Positions 60,439 through 64,000 of a stretch of DNA of 64,000 nt are shown here, in pieces (within the stretch, counting starts at the first letter, position 1; every line of letters starts with the position of its first letter). The stretch spans positions 954,954-1,018,953 of the forward strand of contig MU008182.1 in the NCBI GenBank assembly GCA_010909165.1. The letters are read 5' to 3'. Position numbers and translations under genes: made by a program. Origin of the DNA: Anthoceros angustus. Its lineage: Eukaryota; Plantae; Anthocerotophyta. Below the pieces are notes generated by a model. It saw only the letters and a program-made list of their open reading frames with translations, was not told where the DNA came from and made no database searches.

Positions 60439-61251
60439 GGCTGCGATCCTTCAGAAGCGCGTCGCCCCAGATCCGATGCCACAAGCCAAGTCCGCACAAC
60501 GTTCGACTTTTCCCCAGCCCACCTGGGTCTTATACAGATCAGAGCCCGGGGCAGCAATAATGAGGTAGAAGACGCAGTGGATCCGCGCCCTGGCTCCAAT
60601 TCCGCCCCTTCGCTACAAGCACATTGCGCCCGTCCCTGCACAAGTCAGACCAGCGAGGCCGGGAGAATTGAGAGACATACAGACCAGCCCACAAAAATCT
60701 CTTCACATCAGCAGGCCCAGCAGAGCAGAGCGGATGAGATGAGAGGGAAGGGAGGGGAAAGTGAAGGGACAAGCAGCAAGAGAAGGATGAAGATGGGCAG
60801 GCGCCTGCGCCTGCGCGTGCGCGTGCGCGTGCCTTGTGAGTGTTTGCGTCAAAGGCCAAGAGAGGTAGAGAGGTTCATACCATCTGGCCAGAGCCCCGCC
60901 ATTTATGCGTTTCCTCCACTGCTGCTTATTCTACTGTCTGATACGATCTTACCGCTGCCTGATAAGCTCTGTAAACTTTATAACTCAAGTATAGTACACC
61001 TCACACTCAAGCTAGTAATCCACAGCATAGATACGCAACACATACACACGGCTCGCTGGCTTGCTATTATTTTTTTTAGCGAAAGATTAAAGGTCTCACT
61101 ATTGAACCTTAAAATAGGGTATGGAAAACCTAATCTGTGAAGGAGAGAGGTGAACATCCTAGGAAACTTCCTCTCCTCTATCTCTATTCTATTTGGTGCT
61201 ACCAACTCTCACGTTTGGATGGTTTGGGATGAGCTTATCTGAAACCCCGAC

Positions 61252-61701
61252 ATGTATACGAATTCTGATTATGCAGGAGATATAGACACACATAAGTCTG
61301 TGTTTGGTTATGTGGTTAGCATTGCAAGGGAACCCATATACTGGTCAAGGAAGAAGCAGCCCACTGTGGCTTTATCAAGCACAGAGGCTGAGTACCGCTT
61401 GCTTACAGCAGAAGCCAAAGAGGTGATCTGGTGCAAACTGCTCTTAAAGGAGCTAGGTCTGCTCTTGCCAACCTGCACAATGATAAAGACCGATAACCAA
61501 GGATCGATGTCATTAGCCCGAAACCCTGTATTTCATTCAAGGACAAAACACGTTGAAGTAGAACATCATTTTATCAGGGCTCTCGTCACAACAGGAGAAG
61601 TCAAACTAGAATATGTTCCTACACAAGATAACCTTGCAGATGTTCTCACTAAACCATTAGGAAAGGATCTACATGAGAAACGTAACATGTCAAAACTCTA
61701 G
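61252..61701 (+). mobile_element. Ty1/copia retrotransposon RNase H fragment
   Basis: YTNSDYAGD...WSRKKQPTVALSSTEAEY...TDNQGS...NPVFHSRTKHVEVEHHFIR...NLADVLTKPL. No RT upstream, and the first conserved Asp is changed to Asn. Confidence 0.93.
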
Positions 61702-64000
61702 GCTTGGGGGATTATGGAAATCCCATTATGAAAATCTAAAAGTCCGAGGAATCTGAGTCATTTGACTCCTGTCAATAAAGAGGGCTTTGGGCATCATCCT
61801 CCGGGAGCGACTCTTCAGAAGATTTGCCCTCTGGGCCACTGGGAACAGAGTCATCATCTTCAAACTCAGAAGAAGTACGATCATATGAGATCCTGTCCTC
61901 CCTATCCAAGTTTTCTTCCTTCTCAATCCTTTGCTCAATACTTCACAAAGAGAGAAATCTTACTATAGAAGCTAATAACATGGCCTTCAAACTTATGGAA
62001 GTGCTCAACCCTAATCCTCCGCATCACAATCTTACTGCTTACAGTGATACCACTCAGGAGAACCCGGATCCTGTGTTGTTCCTAGAGTCACAATTTTAGT
62101 TTCCTTCCAGAGCATACCTGGAAAGAACTTAGGAGCAGAAGGGTGGTCCTGATTAGCAGAATATTCGAACTCGGGACTTGGAGCTGGCTTTTCAGAAGAA
62201 CTGGCAAGCTTGGAGGATTCTCTGCCTGCAGATCCTTTGGGAAGGGCGTCAATCTAAGCCGCTTTCCCTACTAGCTTACAAGTAGCTAAGATAGCCTTAA
62301 TCGGACGTCGAGGACGCTTCAAGTTACCGATGTAAGAGGTTAACAGCCAGAGCGGAATTGATTGTCCTATGTGCAAACCTCCCGTGACTGTCCCGAGCTG
62401 GCGATTTCCTCTTCCGGGAACCCAATGCATCATGCATAGAGGGATCCATGTTCTCAGACAGCAGGAGAATGATTCTCGAAGCAAGCCAATCATGCGAAGC
62501 TTCGCTGGAAAAGAACAACAAGAACTAGAGAGAGGCTAACCTAACCTCCAGCGACAGAGCATTCATGTTGTCCTGCAAGTTTTACGCTCAGTCGAACAGG
62601 TTTGGGACGTAGGCCCGGCTCACACATGGGTCTACTCCGGAACATGAAGAGACAACACGAGAAACCCCGATACTCACTGGATATGACAACAAGTGAGAGT
62701 GATGAAAAAGAGTGTTAATCATATCGCATGGGTTTAGGGTTTATCATAATTAAGTCAATATTAAGTTTTATGAAGAGACATAACCCTTTGTTAAAGGGTA
62801 CAACTATTAGGTCAATAGACGCGCCCATTCATCTAAGTTAGCTTTAATGTCTTTTCATAGGCTTAAGATACACTTTTACTTTTATCTTCTATGATGTTGA
62901 TATTGTAACTACTTTCTTAATTGTTTATAATGTATATTATACTGATTGTATAATTGGTCTACAATACCCCATTTAATTTGTTAAGGAGTCAGCCGAAGTC
63001 AGCGCCCCAATCGTCATAGGCGCAGGTAGACATGAGCGAGGGATCCGCGTATGTGGGTAGCTGGCAGGAGGGCTAGCTAAGGGTTGTAATAAAGGCACAG
63101 CATTTGGAGCTGTATAAGAGGGAGGTTGTCGTCCCTGTAATGCGATTTTCCTTTCGGGGTTGATTCCGCATTGTTGTACTGAATTCTGCTGAGTGGAGTG
63201 TGAATGCGTTGCCTGAGTCACCGAGCGGGCGGATTACCTCGGAGACGATCATCCTAGCTCTGGTGATGAGCCCTAACACATGGTGGTGGCTTGCACCAAG
63301 AGCCTCCGAGTGTCCCACGAGATACCGCCAGAGCCGGATCGCGGAGCGCAAGAGATCGCGAGAATTGTCTCGAGGTCCGCGGAAATGACCTTCTTCCGCG
63401 ACCACGCCGGAGTAACCGGGCGGGAGGGCGCTTCTCGTCAGAATCGCGAGGTCCGCATGGCTTACTCGCCCTACGCCGCCACCGCCTTACGCCAGACTGC
63501 CCCACGCCGCCTGCCATGTGAATACCGCTATAACGGCTCGCAAGGTTACGGTCCCGACCCGACCGATGCCCGCCCTCCACTGTGGTCGCCCACGTGCCGC
63601 TTAGTCCGCCCCACGCCCAACTTCTAAGTTACTTTCCGCGATTTATCCCGCCTCGGGTCCCGGAGTGGGTCCGACTTATCCTGCTACTGGCGCCTACCAT
63701 AGTAGGTCTCTCACTCCGAGTCCGAGTATACTCCGAGGCAGTCCGAGTGCTATCCATGCTTATTTCCCCTTTTCGGCCTCATTTTATCCTTCACTCCTAT
63801 TTAAAAAAAAGCCAAAACCCTACCTATTTTCTAACCCCCAAGGGAAGTCCGTAGGTCCACACTCCAAATGTTTCCCACCGTAGTAGTCTCGTCTCTTTAC
63901 TCAGCTTCAATGGCTGTGAGGGTGGCGCCTCACGACAGAGTCTCCGCCAAATTTACCAATCTTTCGCCAGACCCCATCCACTCGTCTGGGGTTGTTTCAC

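Noticed and set aside
62700-64000. Possible LTR starts (TGTTA at ~62713 and ~62979) at the right end
   Set aside because: Probably transposon-derived, but no partner LTR, PBS or TSD can be verified within the window.

Overview
Gene-dense, intron-containing land-plant nuclear DNA with short introns. A DYW:KP/DRH-type PPR gene and 'LL' PPR motifs point to a hornwort such as Anthoceros (inference). Genes in order: COX11 (partial), an LHCII/Lhcb gene, an orphan Asp-rich ORF in an AT-rich island, a TPR protein, two head-to-head PLS-PPR RNA-editing factors, a TcdA/ThiF protein, three tiny His/Pro-rich peptide ORFs, MSH6, an ACX4-like acyl-CoA oxidase/dehydrogenase, a membrane protein, two intronless MATE transporters, an HCAR fragment, PHO1, nested microhomology-bounded tandem duplications, APS kinase and a copia remnant. 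Most striking: the mature Lhcb protein has no Met or Cys, every conserved sulfur residue being replaced, and its promoter carries a close match to the sulfur-deficiency UPE-box (SLIM1/EIL site). This suggests a sulfur-sparing antenna isoform in a land plant. Other highlights are the His/Pro micropeptide cluster, an OSB-type 'PDF' motif fused to a candidate U-to-C editing PPR, an ACX4 apparently lacking PTS1 with a presequence-like N-terminus, and a Tudor-less MSH6. Exon boundaries were read by eye and are approximate. No database searches were run.
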